55,978 nucleotides of DNA. Origin: Candidatus Altiarchaeota archaeon (GTDB taxonomy: Archaea; Altiarchaeota; Altiarchaeia; IMC4; SCGC-AAA252-I15). The notes beneath the pieces are model-generated. The model was not told the origin of the DNA. It did not search any database and saw only the letters and a program-made list of their open reading frames with translations. Location of the stretch: positions 1 through 55,978 of the forward strand of contig JAZDMS010000043.1 in NCBI GenBank assembly GCA_043800705.1. The letters run 5' to 3'. The position numbers and the translations under genes are program-made. Numbering within the stretch: the stretch's first letter is position 1; the number at the start of each line of letters is the position of its first letter. This document shows positions 36,944 through 46,891 of this stretch, piece by piece.

Positions 36944-37282
36944 GTGGAGTTTAAACAGGTCATAGTCGTTAGAAGCGACCTTGCAATGGGCAAAGGGAAG
37001 ATTGCGGCGCAGGCATCCCATGCAGCGGTCGCCACAGCCGACAAGAGCAGATACAAGGCCGACTGGCTATCTCAGGGGCAGAAAAAGACCGTCGTAAAGG
37101 TCACCGGCGAAAAGGAGCTCTTGACGATCCTCCACGCGGCCAGGGACGCAGGCCTGCCCACCGTGCTCATCGAGGACGCAGGACACACACAAGTCGAGCC
37201 GGGGACGAAGACCTGTGTGGGCATCGGGCCCGCACCCGTTGAGCAGATAGACAAGATAACCGGGAAACTTAAACTACTATAA
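36944..37282 (+). CDS. pth2: peptidyl-tRNA hydrolase Pth2
   Basis: KQVIVVRSDLAMGKGKIAAQASHAA, DAGHTQ, GIGP. Confidence 0.95.
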   Translation: MEFKQVIVVRSDLAMGKGKIAAQASHAAVATADKSRYKADWLSQGQKKTVVKVTGEKELLTILHAARDAGLPTVLIEDAGHTQVEPGTKTCVGIGPAPVEQIDKITGKLKLL

Positions 37283-37283
37283 G

Positions 37284-38720
37284 ATGGCTGAAAGCACGTT
37301 GACGCTCCCGGGAGACCCGAAAGGCGCGGTACTGAGGTTCGCGCCGAACCCGAACGGCCCCCTGAGCATAGGCCACGCAAGGGGCGTCATCACCAACAAC
37401 TACCTCGCCAAGAAATACGGCGGCAAGTTCATACTCCGCTTCGACGACACCGACCCGAAGACGAAGAAGCCGGTGAAGGATGCCTATGGGTGGATACCCG
37501 AAGACTGCAGATGGCTCGGCTGCGAACCGGATATGGTCGTCACAGCATCGGAGAACATGGACACCTACTACTCCTACGCGCAAGAGCTTATCAAGAGCGG
37601 CCACGCCTACATATGCGCCTGCGAGCGGGAGGCGTTCAAGACGCTGAAGGACCAGAAGATGGCCTGCCCCCACCGGAACCAGACGCCCGAGGTTAGCCTT
37701 TCCGGGTGGAAGGGGATGCTGACGAGCACAAAAGAAGGCGAATCGGTCCTTAGGATAAAGACGGACATGGAGAACCCGGACCCGGCGCTGAGGGACTGGG
37801 CCGCGTTCAGGATACTCGAAGCCGAACACCCGCTTGTCGGGAAAAGATACCGGGTGTGGCCCATGCTCGACTTCGAGTCGGCGATAGAGGACCACATCCG
37901 GGCAGTCACCCACATCATACGCGGCATAGACCTCGCAGACTCGGGCCTGAAGCAGAAATACCTGTACGACTACTTCGGCTGGACATACCCGGAGGTCATC
38001 CTATGGGGCAGGCTGCAGATAGAGGAGACCGGCAAATTCTCAACGAGCAAGATGGCCCAGGACATAGCCTCCGGGCTGCTCACAGGATGGGACGACCCAC
38101 GGATACCGACTTTGCGCGCACTCCGCAGGAGGGGGATACAGGCGGAATCCATAAAGGAGCTCATGCTGGGATTCGGCCTCTCCGACAATGCGGCTTCATT
38201 GAGCCTTGAGAATCTCTACTCTATAAATCGCAGGAACCTGGACCAGAAGACGAACAGGTACTTCTTCATCCCGGACCCTGTGAAGCTCCTGGCGGTCGGG
38301 ATGCCTGGCAAGACGGTCAGGATGCCGCTGCACCCCTCCTTCAAGGAAAGGGGTGTGAGGGAGCAGTGCTACGACACGGGCGGATGCCTCTTCATCCCGA
38401 AGAAGGACACCGACCTGAAGGTCGGGGACGTCATCAAACTAATGGGCCTCTCATGCATAGCGGTCGAATCCGTCGACGACGGCATACTGAAGGCGAGATA
38501 CGTCCCGGATGAGAACAAGAAAGCGAAGAAGGTCCAGTGCCTGCAGGACTATGCGCAGTGCGAGGTCATGAAGCCCGACGGAGGCCTAGACACCGGATAC
38601 TGCGACCCCCAATGCAGGGAACTCGACGTCGGCACCATAGTTCAATTCGAGAGGTACGGATTCTGCAGGCTCGACTCAAAAGACGAAAAGAAGCTGACTT
38701 TCGTGTATGGGCACAATTGA
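37284..38720 (+). CDS. gltX: glutamate--tRNA ligase (archaeal type)
   Basis: RFAPNPNGPLSIGH, LRFDDTDP, GWDDPR, QFERYGF. Confidence 0.96.
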   Translation: MAESTLTLPGDPKGAVLRFAPNPNGPLSIGHARGVITNNYLAKKYGGKFILRFDDTDPKTKKPVKDAYGWIPEDCRWLGCEPDMVVTASENMDTYYSYAQELIKSGHAYICACEREAFKTLKDQKMACPHRNQTPEVSLSGWKGMLTSTKEGESVLRIKTDMENPDPALRDWAAFRILEAEHPLVGKRYRVWPMLDFESAIEDHIRAVTHIIRGIDLADSGLKQKYLYDYFGWTYPEVILWGRLQIEETGKFSTSKMAQDIASGLLTGWDDPRIPTLRALRRRGIQAESIKELMLGFGLSDNAASLSLENLYSINRRNLDQKTNRYFFIPDPVKLLAVGMPGKTVRMPLHPSFKERGVREQCYDTGGCLFIPKKDTDLKVGDVIKLMGLSCIAVESVDDGILKARYVPDENKKAKKVQCLQDYAQCEVMKPDGGLDTGYCDPQCRELDVGTIVQFERYGFCRLDSKDEKKLTFVYGHN

Positions 38721-38723
38721 GCC

Positions 38724-40076
38724 CTACCTAAGCGATTCGTTCACCACTTTCACGAAGGCCTTAACTGTGAAGGTCTGCTTTGGCAGATGCTGGACGATTA
38801 TCCCCCCACTCATTAGGGCCTCGACTTCGTCAAGGGTTTTCTTTGACGTGTCGCTGCTGTAGGTTATTATGGGCGGCGGCTTCAGCCCCGCCCCCTTACA
38901 TCTATCATACACCTTCCTTGCGAACTCTAGGCCGCTCATACCAGGCAGCCGTATGTCAGTCAGGATGATGTCTGGGAGCCTTCCTTTGGCGATGCCTTCC
39001 TCCACATCCTTCAACGCAGCTTCTGCGTCCCCCAGGACCATGGACGTGTCCTGATGGTCCCAGATGTCCCGGAAATTCCGCCTTCCGCCTTCGGATGGGC
39101 TGTATGGTGTGATGCCTTCAGGCTCCCCCGGAGAATTCACGAAGCCGAGGTAGTAGCACCAGAACCTGTAGATCGGGTCGTCTTCGACGACCATCAGAGA
39201 CAGGGTTTTGGGCACTGTCAGGTTCTTGAGGTGGAGTGTGTCCCCTATCTCCGTGAGATAGGGATTCCTTCCGATGAAGCCAAACGCATGGCCTGGTTCG
39301 CTCAGGCGCGGAGACCGCTTCTCAATCTGGGACTGTTCGTCATCCTGCCTGCCCGCATCGGTTACATAATCGGCATAACGTCTGAATATATCGTCGACGC
39401 CATATACCATGCCGTGGGCTATGCCATACGCGTATAGAGGGTCTTTTTCAAGGATTTTTAACGCGTCCTCCCACCTTTTCCTGTAGGTTTCCATGGTGTC
39501 TACCGTCACCTCATGGTCTGGGTTCAATCCCCTGGCTGCGAGATATTCCCAGACCTGCCGGCGGTCCTGTTCGTCTTTAATGAAGTATTTCCAGCTGTCC
39601 GCGCGGGGGGATTGGACGAACAGCCGCTTAATCTCCTCCTGCTCGGGTGTCTTGGCCTCTATGGCGGCGTCAAGCTTGTCTGCGTAGAGGCCGTAGAGGA
39701 TTTGCCGCCTCACCTTCACCTTGTCAGCGAAGACGGGGTCGCTTAGGATGAATAAGATGTCTTCGGGCTTCAACTCAAGGCCTGCTAGGCCGTGGGGCCG
39801 CCCTCTCCTGGCCTCCTCCATGTGCTCCCAGACCATCCTGAACGTCTTGAAGCTCGGCCTCTGCTCGGCTTCGGGCAGTCCGTTCAGCCTGAGGTAGAGC
39901 GGCGCGAAGAGCCTGCCGAATTCCGTCTGGTATGGGAACTGCGCAGGCAGATGCACCTGCGGCTCGAGGAACGTCTTGGGGAGGCCTTTGGGGGGCTTCA
40001 TATGCTCCAGATTCATTGGAGGCCCGAAGTCTATTGTCGATTCAGGTGTTTTCCGCACTTTTTCAGATTCAGGCAT
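38724..40076 (-). CDS. protein with C-terminal response-regulator receiver domain
   Basis: MVVEDD, PDIILTDIRLPGMSGLE, LPK. Confidence 0.8.
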   Translation of the reverse strand: MPESEKVRKTPESTIDFGPPMNLEHMKPPKGLPKTFLEPQVHLPAQFPYQTEFGRLFAPLYLRLNGLPEAEQRPSFKTFRMVWEHMEEARRGRPHGLAGLELKPEDILFILSDPVFADKVKVRRQILYGLYADKLDAAIEAKTPEQEEIKRLFVQSPRADSWKYFIKDEQDRRQVWEYLAARGLNPDHEVTVDTMETYRKRWEDALKILEKDPLYAYGIAHGMVYGVDDIFRRYADYVTDAGRQDDEQSQIEKRSPRLSEPGHAFGFIGRNPYLTEIGDTLHLKNLTVPKTLSLMVVEDDPIYRFWCYYLGFVNSPGEPEGITPYSPSEGGRRNFRDIWDHQDTSMVLGDAEAALKDVEEGIAKGRLPDIILTDIRLPGMSGLEFARKVYDRCKGAGLKPPPIITYSSDTSKKTLDEVEALMSGGIIVQHLPKQTFTVKAFVKVVNESLR

Positions 40077-40150
40077 AATATACCCTCAGCAAGTTCAGGT
40101 AAAAAAGTCAAATTCCATGCGAATGCGACTATTTTTTTATCATTCCCTGC

Positions 40151-40699
40151 TCAGTTTGTTTTTCCACAGAGGGCTGCGAACTCTGCCAAGGTTCTAGAGA
40201 CTGCACTAGTCTTTTTATCGATTTCATCGGAAAATTCTGGGAAAAGGTCGGGTGCTTTGATGAATGCCAAGCCTTTGAGGTTGTAGGCTGGAGAGGAGAT
40301 TTGCACACCGGTGTCCTCAGATTTCCCACAGGATATCAACCCCCTACAGAATTTGGTGACTTTTGCTCTGAGATTGTCCGAGTCAATTGAACCCGGCCTC
40401 GCGTAGGGTGTGTATAGGCTGATGATGTCAGGCACTTTGTCGTGTCTAAAGACCGTGCCTATGAGGCATTGGTCAAAATCCAGACGATGCTCAAACAGCA
40501 ACCATGGATGTCCCAGAGTTGGAGATCCAGAAAATAACCTACCGAAATCATCCACGACGAATGGGACAATGTCATCCTCGATTTTCGCCAAATCAGCCAA
40601 ACCAGCCCTTATGTTTCTGTCGTATTCTGTTTCAGCCTCTCTGGGTTCGGGAATCGGTGGGCTGCTATTAGTTGTGATTCTTGGTATTTCAGGCTGCAT
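40151..40699 (-). CDS. hypothetical protein
   Basis: Open frame between pfkB and the receiver gene; no motif recognised. Confidence 0.5.
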   Translation of the reverse strand: MQPEIPRITTNSSPPIPEPREAETEYDRNIRAGLADLAKIEDDIVPFVVDDFGRLFSGSPTLGHPWLLFEHRLDFDQCLIGTVFRHDKVPDIISLYTPYARPGSIDSDNLRAKVTKFCRGLISCGKSEDTGVQISSPAYNLKGLAFIKAPDLFPEFSDEIDKKTSAVSRTLAEFAALCGKTN

Positions 40700-40709
40700 T
40701 TTGCCTATT

Positions 40710-41615
40710 TTATTCGAACATTACTATGTCTCTGAAGGCCTTGTATCTCCTGGAGACGTCCTCCTGCGTCTTGTCACGTATCCCGTCTATGCTGAATCCT
40801 TCGACGACGAAACTAGCTATGACGGATCCGCACACCATGCTCTTCTTTATGGCCGCATCCGTGAGATTGCCGTGCTTGGCCAGGTGGCCGAGGGTGCCGC
40901 CTGCGAAGCTGTCGCCTGCGCCTGTGGGGTCGACTACGTTGGATATCGGGTACCCGGGGGCTGCGAAGAAGTCGTCGCCTGAGAAGAACAGGGCCCCGTG
41001 TTCGCCCTTCTTGATGATCACACGGCCTCCGCTGACGTCTGTGAGCATCCTGCCGGCCTTGATGAGGTTCGGGGTTTCGCAGTATTGGCGCGCCTCCCCG
41101 TCGTTGATTATTATCCCGTCGACGGCCTCGAAGACCTTTGTCAGCTCCTCCTTCTTGGACGATATCCAGTAGTTCATGGTGTCGCAGAGGGAGTATTTCG
41201 GCTTCACCTCCTTCAGCACCTGCAGCTGGAGGACGGGGTCTATGTTGGCAAGAAAAAGGTAGTCGCAGCCGCGGTATTCCCTGGGAATCTTCGGCTTGAA
41301 CGTTGCAAGGACGTTAAGGTCGGTCCTCAAAGTCTTGGCTGCGTTCATGTCAAGCTCATAGGAACCCTCCCAGTGGAAGGTCTTTCCGTCCGTCCGCTCT
41401 ATTCCCCTGACGTCGATGTCGCGGCCTTCGAGGAATTCGATGTGTTTCTTCGGGAAATCCCCCCCGACAACTCCGACGACGCCGCATCTGGTGAAGAAGC
41501 TCGCAGCCAGGCTGAAATACGTCCCCGAGCCGCCGAGGACGTTGTCGACCTTCCCGAACGGCGTTTCGATCGAATCCAAGGCGACGGTACCCAATGCGAC
41601 AAGGGGCAAAGGCAT
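40710..41615 (-). CDS. PfkB-family carbohydrate/nucleoside kinase
   Basis: LGGSGTY, GVVGGDF, KKGEHG, DPTGAGDSFAGG. Confidence 0.93.
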   Translation of the reverse strand: MPLPLVALGTVALDSIETPFGKVDNVLGGSGTYFSLAASFFTRCGVVGVVGGDFPKKHIEFLEGRDIDVRGIERTDGKTFHWEGSYELDMNAAKTLRTDLNVLATFKPKIPREYRGCDYLFLANIDPVLQLQVLKEVKPKYSLCDTMNYWISSKKEELTKVFEAVDGIIINDGEARQYCETPNLIKAGRMLTDVSGGRVIIKKGEHGALFFSGDDFFAAPGYPISNVVDPTGAGDSFAGGTLGHLAKHGNLTDAAIKKSMVCGSVIASFVVEGFSIDGIRDKTQEDVSRRYKAFRDIVMFE

Positions 41616-41719
41616 GATATAAACATCGGGGCAAGGTTTAATAACTGCCGAAATTAACACGCCCACTGCGGGATTCACGATACGGACATACAATAGCCGC
41701 CCTACAATCATAAACCAAG

Positions 41720-41862
41720 CTTTATATACCCCCTGTCCCTATTACTTAGTCACTTAGGCTAATCCCCCGGTACGTCCTGCCATTTTTCGGGCTACGGACG
41801 GCGGACCGCGGTCCGTCAGGGGTTTTCTTAGCTGATGAGCCGATGATATGAGGTGAAGTAAG
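41720..41862 (+). promoter_or_regulatory. TATA box and structured leader of the L7Ae operon (candidate K-turn autoregulatory element)
   Basis: TTTATATA; paired GGCTAA/TTAGCT and CCCC/GGGG; CTGATGA...GATGA before the GAGGTGA RBS. Confidence 0.5.
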
Positions 41863-42222
41863 ATGGGTTACGTCAAATTTGAGGTCCCAAAGGAGCTCCA
41901 GGAGAAGGCCCTAGAGGCGCTGGAGAAGGCGAGGGACACGGGGAAGATACGCAAGGGCACGAACGAAGTGACGAAGGCAGTCGAGCGCGGAAACGCCAAA
42001 CTCGTCCTGATAGGCGGGGATGTCGAGCCGCCGGAGATCGTCATGCACCTTCCGATGCTCTGCGAAGAGAAGAAGATACCGTACCTTTACGTTCCGAAGG
42101 CCGAGATAGGCTCCGCGGTGGGCATACACGTCCCGACGGCTGCGGGCTGCATAGTCGAGGAAGGCAAGGCCAAGGACGACGTCGCAGACGTCGCAGAGAA
42201 GATAAAGGAACTGAAGAAGTAA
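41863..42222 (+). CDS. rpl7ae: 50S ribosomal protein L7Ae
   Basis: [28 protein letters not shown]. Confidence 0.97.
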   Translation: MGYVKFEVPKELQEKALEALEKARDTGKIRKGTNEVTKAVERGNAKLVLIGGDVEPPEIVMHLPMLCEEKKIPYLYVPKAEIGSAVGIHVPTAAGCIVEEGKAKDDVADVAEKIKELKK

Positions 42223-42223
42223 A

Positions 42224-42415
42224 ATGGTCAAAGCTGAAGTCGTCAAGATCATCGGCAGGACCGGCATCTACGGAGAAGTGATGCAGGTGATGTGCAAGGT
42301 CAACGAAGGGGACAACAAAGGCCGCATCATCCGCAGGAACGTCCGGACGCCGGTGCGCGAGAACGACATAATAGACCTGATGGAGACGGAGCGGGAGGCT
42401 AAGCCCCTCACTTGA
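42224..42415 (+). CDS. rps28e: 30S ribosomal protein S28e
   Basis: IIGRTG, RIIRRNV, ETEREA. Confidence 0.95.
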   Translation: MVKAEVVKIIGRTGIYGEVMQVMCKVNEGDNKGRIIRRNVRTPVRENDIIDLMETEREAKPLT

Positions 42416-42771
42416 ACATGGACTGCAACTTCTGCGGAGAAAGGATACCGGCGGGGACGGAGTACATACACGTAAGCAACAAGGGCAAAGCCAACTACTT
42501 CTGCTCCAGCAAATGCCACAAGAACCTCATCGTATTGGACCGCAAGCCGAGGGACGTCAAGTGGACGAAGGCATACGCCGACGAGAAGGAGGCGAGGCTG
42601 AAGTCCATCGGCCACAAGGTAAGCGAAGAACCGAAGGAGGCTCCAAAGGCCGAGGGCGAGAAAAAGCCCCCCCAGAAGGAACATAATGTCGAAGCGGCCC
42701 CAAAGCATGCGAAGAAGGAGGCTGCAGAATCAGAGAAGGCGAAGAAACCCAAGAAGCCCGCCAAAAAATGA
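42412..42771 (+). CDS. rpl24e: 50S ribosomal protein L24e with Lys/Glu-rich tail
   Basis: CNFCG, FCSSKC, RKPRDVKWT. Confidence 0.94.
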   Translation: MNMDCNFCGERIPAGTEYIHVSNKGKANYFCSSKCHKNLIVLDRKPRDVKWTKAYADEKEARLKSIGHKVSEEPKEAPKAEGEKKPPQKEHNVEAAPKHAKKEAAESEKAKKPKKPAKK

Positions 42772-43205
42772 AGACTCTGATCATCATTAGGCCGGATGCG
42801 GTCATTAGGGGCCTTGTCGGCGAGATCATCACAAGGTTCGAAAAACACGGCATTCGCGTCGCAGGCCTGAAGATCACCCAGCTTGGCAGGAAACATGCGG
42901 AGGAGCTTTACAACATGCACAAGGGCAAGCCCTTCTATGAGCCCCTAATACAGACAATGACTGCGAATCCGTGCGTGATAGTGGTCCTGGACACGGACGT
43001 CCTCGACCAGGCAAGCGCAATCGCACTCGTGCGGAAGATCGTCGGAAACACCGACCCCGCGAAGGCCGACATGGGAACCATCCGCGGCGACTTCGGCCTC
43101 CGGATCGACCAGAACATCATACACGCGGCGGACACGAAGGACTCCGCAGAGCGCGAGATACCGTTGTTCTTCAAAAAGGAGGAATTGTTCACATACAAGG
43201 AATAA
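42768..43205 (+). CDS. ndk: nucleoside diphosphate kinase
   Basis: IRPDAV, HKGKPFY, GTIRGDF, NIIHAAD. Confidence 0.96.
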   Translation: MKTLIIIRPDAVIRGLVGEIITRFEKHGIRVAGLKITQLGRKHAEELYNMHKGKPFYEPLIQTMTANPCVIVVLDTDVLDQASAIALVRKIVGNTDPAKADMGTIRGDFGLRIDQNIIHAADTKDSAEREIPLFFKKEELFTYKE

Positions 43206-43206
43206 A

Positions 43207-43626
43207 ATGGCTACAGTATACGACGTACCTACGGACGCGCTGATCAAGGAGACGGCGCAGGACCTGAAAGACAACATGAAGATCGAGCGGCCTGAGTGGG
43301 CCCTCATCGTCAAGACCGGAGTCAGCCGCGAACGCAAGCCCCAGGACCAGAACTGGTGGTGGGTGCGCGCAGCATCGATCCTGAGGCGGATCTACATAGA
43401 GGGCCCGGTGGGTGTCCAGAGGCTTCGGACCTACTACGGCGGCAAGAAGAACTGCGGCCACAAGCCCAACGAGTTCAGAAGGGCGAGCGGCAAGGTCATA
43501 CGGACCCTCCTTAAGGAATTGGACACTAAGGGGCTTACTGAGTCCTCGAGGGACGGACGCAAACTGACCAATCAAGGCCGCTCCTACCTGGACAAGCTAG
43601 CATCCAAGATCTCCCAGCGCAAATAG
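43207..43626 (+). CDS. rps19e: 30S ribosomal protein S19e
   Basis: TVYDVP, VKTG, WWWVRAASILR, YGG. Confidence 0.96.
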   Translation: MATVYDVPTDALIKETAQDLKDNMKIERPEWALIVKTGVSRERKPQDQNWWWVRAASILRRIYIEGPVGVQRLRTYYGGKKNCGHKPNEFRRASGKVIRTLLKELDTKGLTESSRDGRKLTNQGRSYLDKLASKISQRK

Positions 43627-43629
43627 AAG

Positions 43630-43962
43630 ATGTCTGAATTGGATGAGCTGCGGCAGAAGAGGCTGCGGCAGCTACAGGGCATGCAACAACAGGGTTCGCA
43701 GCAGGCATTCCAGCAGCAGATCCAGGCCCAGCAGATGGAGGAGCAGATCAACCTGATCATGCACCAGATCATGTCTGCCGAGGCCAGGGAGCGCCTTGCC
43801 AACATACGGATGGCCAGGCCGGAATTCGCAAGACAGGTCGAGATGCTCCTAATCCAGCTCTACCAAGGCGGCAGGCTCAAACAGCTGACCGACGAGCAGT
43901 TCAAAGCGCTCCTAACGAAGATCTCCGGGTCGAAGAGGGAGCCGAAGATAAATGTGCGGTGA
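43630..43962 (+). CDS. PDCD5-like DNA-binding protein
   Basis: ELDELRQKRL, EARERLANI, LIQL; usual position after rps19e. Confidence 0.9.
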   Translation: MSELDELRQKRLRQLQGMQQQGSQQAFQQQIQAQQMEEQINLIMHQIMSAEARERLANIRMARPEFARQVEMLLIQLYQGGRLKQLTDEQFKALLTKISGSKREPKINVR

Positions 43963-43965
43963 TCC

Positions 43966-45099
43966 CTACTTCTTTTCCTGGGCGGCATCGCTCGGTTTCT
44001 CGCCTTCAAGCTCGTATCCTAGCTCGTTGAGGATGTCCTCGTCCTTGATATTGATGTCAGTCGACTTCTTCTTAGTAGAGTAGAATATCGCAGCCATCAG
44101 TATGCAGACCCCGAGCACTATGATCACCCAGTTCTGCCTGTCGAGGCCCATTATCTTGCTGTTTTCGCTCTCATCCAGCATGACCTTTACTTCCTCGAGA
44201 TCGACGCTGCATTGGCTGTACCTATCCGTTATCACCTTCCTCTCGATATTCAGCTGATTGATCTGCTGGTCCATCCTCATATTCTGCAGCCTCATGTCCT
44301 TGATCTGCAGGACGTAGTCGGTGTTGTTCAGCTCGTCCACTGGTATGACCTCGCTCGGTATGCCCAGCCAGTCGATTATGTTATGGCCGAACGCCTTGTT
44401 GTTGTAGTCATCGATGTACTTGTTGCTCAGCATTTCGGGGTCGCTAAGCGTGAACGCGAGGCCGCCTCCGAACCTCGACGCCGCCGCTACGCACGGCTGC
44501 ACCCCCGCCGAGAACGATCCCGTGTCGGAGTATGTGCTCGGATTGCCTGAGGCGACGCACATGCTCGTGCCCGAGACGTACAGTCCGGCGGTCTTGTAGA
44601 CGCCGACCTTTGACACCCCCTGCTTCAGTATCCTTGTGAGCGGGTACTCGTAGAAGTTGTCGATTATGAAACTGCTTCTGTCCTTCAGGGCCGGGATCTG
44701 GTTCTGGGCGTCTATGAGGATGCCGTTGTCGACGGTGACTCCGAATATTATGGTCAACTGATTAGCCTTCCCCTGGCCTCCGCCCATTATGAAGAGGCCT
44801 CTGCCCTTCTGCAGGACGAACCAGATGATGGCGGTTATCTCGTCGGTCGTGAACTGCTTGCTGGGGTTCATTATGATGAGTATGTCGTAGTTTTCCAGCT
44901 TATCCTTGGTTATGTCGCCTTTTTCTATGGTGGCGACCTCGTAGCTCTTCTTCCTCAGTTCCTCTGCGAGCTTGCTGTAGTCGTTCTGGATGGAGTATTG
45001 CTGGGTTCCCGCCTCGTAGAACACGATCTTCTTGGCTGAAGCGTCAAGGGAAAGGGCGTAAATAGCCAAAATGAGCAGGGTAATTAACTGTTTTTTCAT
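43966..45099 (-). CDS. secreted GIFT/DUF4350-like domain protein with coiled coil and C-terminal TM
   Basis: YSKLAEEL, LENYDILII, FVLQKGRGL, DYNNKAFGHNIIDWL. Confidence 0.7.
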   Translation of the reverse strand: MKKQLITLLILAIYALSLDASAKKIVFYEAGTQQYSIQNDYSKLAEELRKKSYEVATIEKGDITKDKLENYDILIIMNPSKQFTTDEITAIIWFVLQKGRGLFIMGGGQGKANQLTIIFGVTVDNGILIDAQNQIPALKDRSSFIIDNFYEYPLTRILKQGVSKVGVYKTAGLYVSGTSMCVASGNPSTYSDTGSFSAGVQPCVAAASRFGGGLAFTLSDPEMLSNKYIDDYNNKAFGHNIIDWLGIPSEVIPVDELNNTDYVLQIKDMRLQNMRMDQQINQLNIERKVITDRYSQCSVDLEEVKVMLDESENSKIMGLDRQNWVIIVLGVCILMAAIFYSTKKKSTDINIKDEDILNELGYELEGEKPSDAAQEKK

Positions 45100-45132
45100 C
45101 CCATTAACAATAGTCTTATGTTTTTAAATATC

Positions 45133-45804
45133 CTATCCGACGAAGAATTCAACATTTATCTCATCTCCGGCATCCAAAACGTAGGCTCTGCCGTCAGAGA
45201 GCCTCCCGAGGTTCAGGATCTTCGTCTTCTTGATATTGTCCTCGAGCCCCCCAGCCTCGTGTATATGAGCGCAAAGGACCAGTTCCGGCCTTTTCGCGTC
45301 TATGAAATCCCTCAGAGCCTGGGAACCTACGTGTACGCCGCCTGCGATCACGTCACATTTGGTGTCCTTCGGCGGGAAATGCGCCACGACTATGGTCTTG
45401 GCGTCCTTATCAGACAGATCGTAAAGGTCGTTCAGGCTCTTGGCGATATCTGCTTCCGAATATTCGAACGGCGTCGCGAACGGGGTCGCATTGGAGCCGC
45501 CGAAGCCTATTATATTGAGGCCCGGGAGCATCATGACCGTGTTGTGGAGGTTCGCACCCCTTGAGACAAATGTCTGCACCGACTCCCTCTGGTCGCAGTT
45601 ACCCGGTATGGCCTTAACATTGAACCCTGTCAGGGCGTCCAATATCATCTTGATGTCGGCCCTGTTCTCGGCGGGGTCCTTGTATCCCCTGCTGTAGTCT
45701 CCAAGGAGGAAAAAATAGTCCGGGTTGAGCATTGTGGCGGCATTCCTGAGCTTGATGAGGGCTCCGACGTCCCCGTGGATGTCCGCAACGCATACGGCCT
45801 TCAT
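45133..45804 (-). CDS. metallophosphoesterase
   Basis: ADIHG, GD, PGNCD, HFPP, CAHIHE. Confidence 0.9.
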   Translation of the reverse strand: MKAVCVADIHGDVGALIKLRNAATMLNPDYFFLLGDYSRGYKDPAENRADIKMILDALTGFNVKAIPGNCDQRESVQTFVSRGANLHNTVMMLPGLNIIGFGGSNATPFATPFEYSEADIAKSLNDLYDLSDKDAKTIVVAHFPPKDTKCDVIAGGVHVGSQALRDFIDAKRPELVLCAHIHEAGGLEDNIKKTKILNLGRLSDGRAYVLDAGDEINVEFFVG

Positions 45805-45840
45805 GAATACACTTAAAACTCAGCTCTTAAATACTATCCG

Positions 45841-46740
45841 ATGGATTCTGTGACGTTCCTCGGTTCGGGCGGCGGGCGTTTCGTCTTCCTAGCCCAGCGG
45901 AGGTACTCCGGGGGGATATGGCTCGAAATGGGCGGGGCCAGGTTCATAGTCGACCCGGGGCCAGGCGCCTTGGTGCGCGCCCTGCAGTTTCAAAAGGATC
46001 CGGGCCTCCTGGACTGCGTCATGGCCAGCCACATGCACCTGGACCACTACAACGACGCGGAGGTCATGGTCGAGGCGATGACGCACGGCCTCAACCGCAG
46101 GCACGGCATCCTCGTCCTGCAGGAGGGCGTGGCGAAGTACATTTCCGAATACCACCGGGGGGCTGTAAAGACCATAGTGCCGAAGGCAGGCGACTCGTTC
46201 GATGTGGGCAAGGTCGGGGTCGAAGCGATTCCGACGACGAAGCATGTCGGGGGCCTCGGGTTCAGGTTCGATTCCGGCTCGGGGACGGTCACCTACTCCG
46301 GTGACACATCCCTGGACGGGTCTGTCATCAAGCACTATAAGGATTCGCGGCTTCTCATCCTCAACACGATCTTCCCGCATGAGCGGGGGTCTGACACCCA
46401 CCTCAACACCGATGACGCGCTCGAGATAGCGAAGAAGGTTAAACCAGACCACCTTGTCATAACTCACTTCGGCGTGAGGCTCTTGGCCTTAGGCCCCGAG
46501 AAGGAGGCTAGGCGGATAGAGGAGGAAACAGGGGTTCCGACGACGGCAGCCGAGGACGGGATGACGATATCGGTCTCCAGTCTCAGGACTGCGGTCTCCA
46601 GTCCCAGGTCCACTGTATACGGTCTGCAGTCCTCGGTCTACGGCCTTGAAGATCGAAAACCGAAGACGGAAAACCGAGAACTGATAACCGAAAATCGAAA
46701 ACCGAGAACTGATAACCGAAAATCGAAAACCGAGAACTGA
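45841..46740 (+). CDS. MBL-fold hydrolase; C-terminus runs into heptamer repeats
   Basis: FLGSGG, DPGPG, SHMHLDH, YSGDT, THFG. Confidence 0.88.
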   Translation: MDSVTFLGSGGGRFVFLAQRRYSGGIWLEMGGARFIVDPGPGALVRALQFQKDPGLLDCVMASHMHLDHYNDAEVMVEAMTHGLNRRHGILVLQEGVAKYISEYHRGAVKTIVPKAGDSFDVGKVGVEAIPTTKHVGGLGFRFDSGSGTVTYSGDTSLDGSVIKHYKDSRLLILNTIFPHERGSDTHLNTDDALEIAKKVKPDHLVITHFGVRLLALGPEKEARRIEEETGVPTTAAEDGMTISVSSLRTAVSSPRSTVYGLQSSVYGLEDRKPKTENRELITENRKPRTDNRKSKTEN

Positions 46741-46856
46741 TATCCGAAAACCGAGAACTGATAACCGAAAACTGATAATCGAAAACCGAGAACTGATATC
46801 CGAAAACCGAGAACCGAAGACTGAATACTGAGAACTGAAAACGGGAGACTGATGAC
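46571..46856. repeat. 7-bp degenerate tandem repeats in two oppositely oriented blocks
   Basis: CGGTCTC/CAGTCTC-type units to about 46647, then GAAAACC/GAGAACT/GATAACC units. Confidence 0.85.
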
Positions 46857-46891
46857 AAAAGGCCTTTAAGGATCTTGCCCTATATTATACT

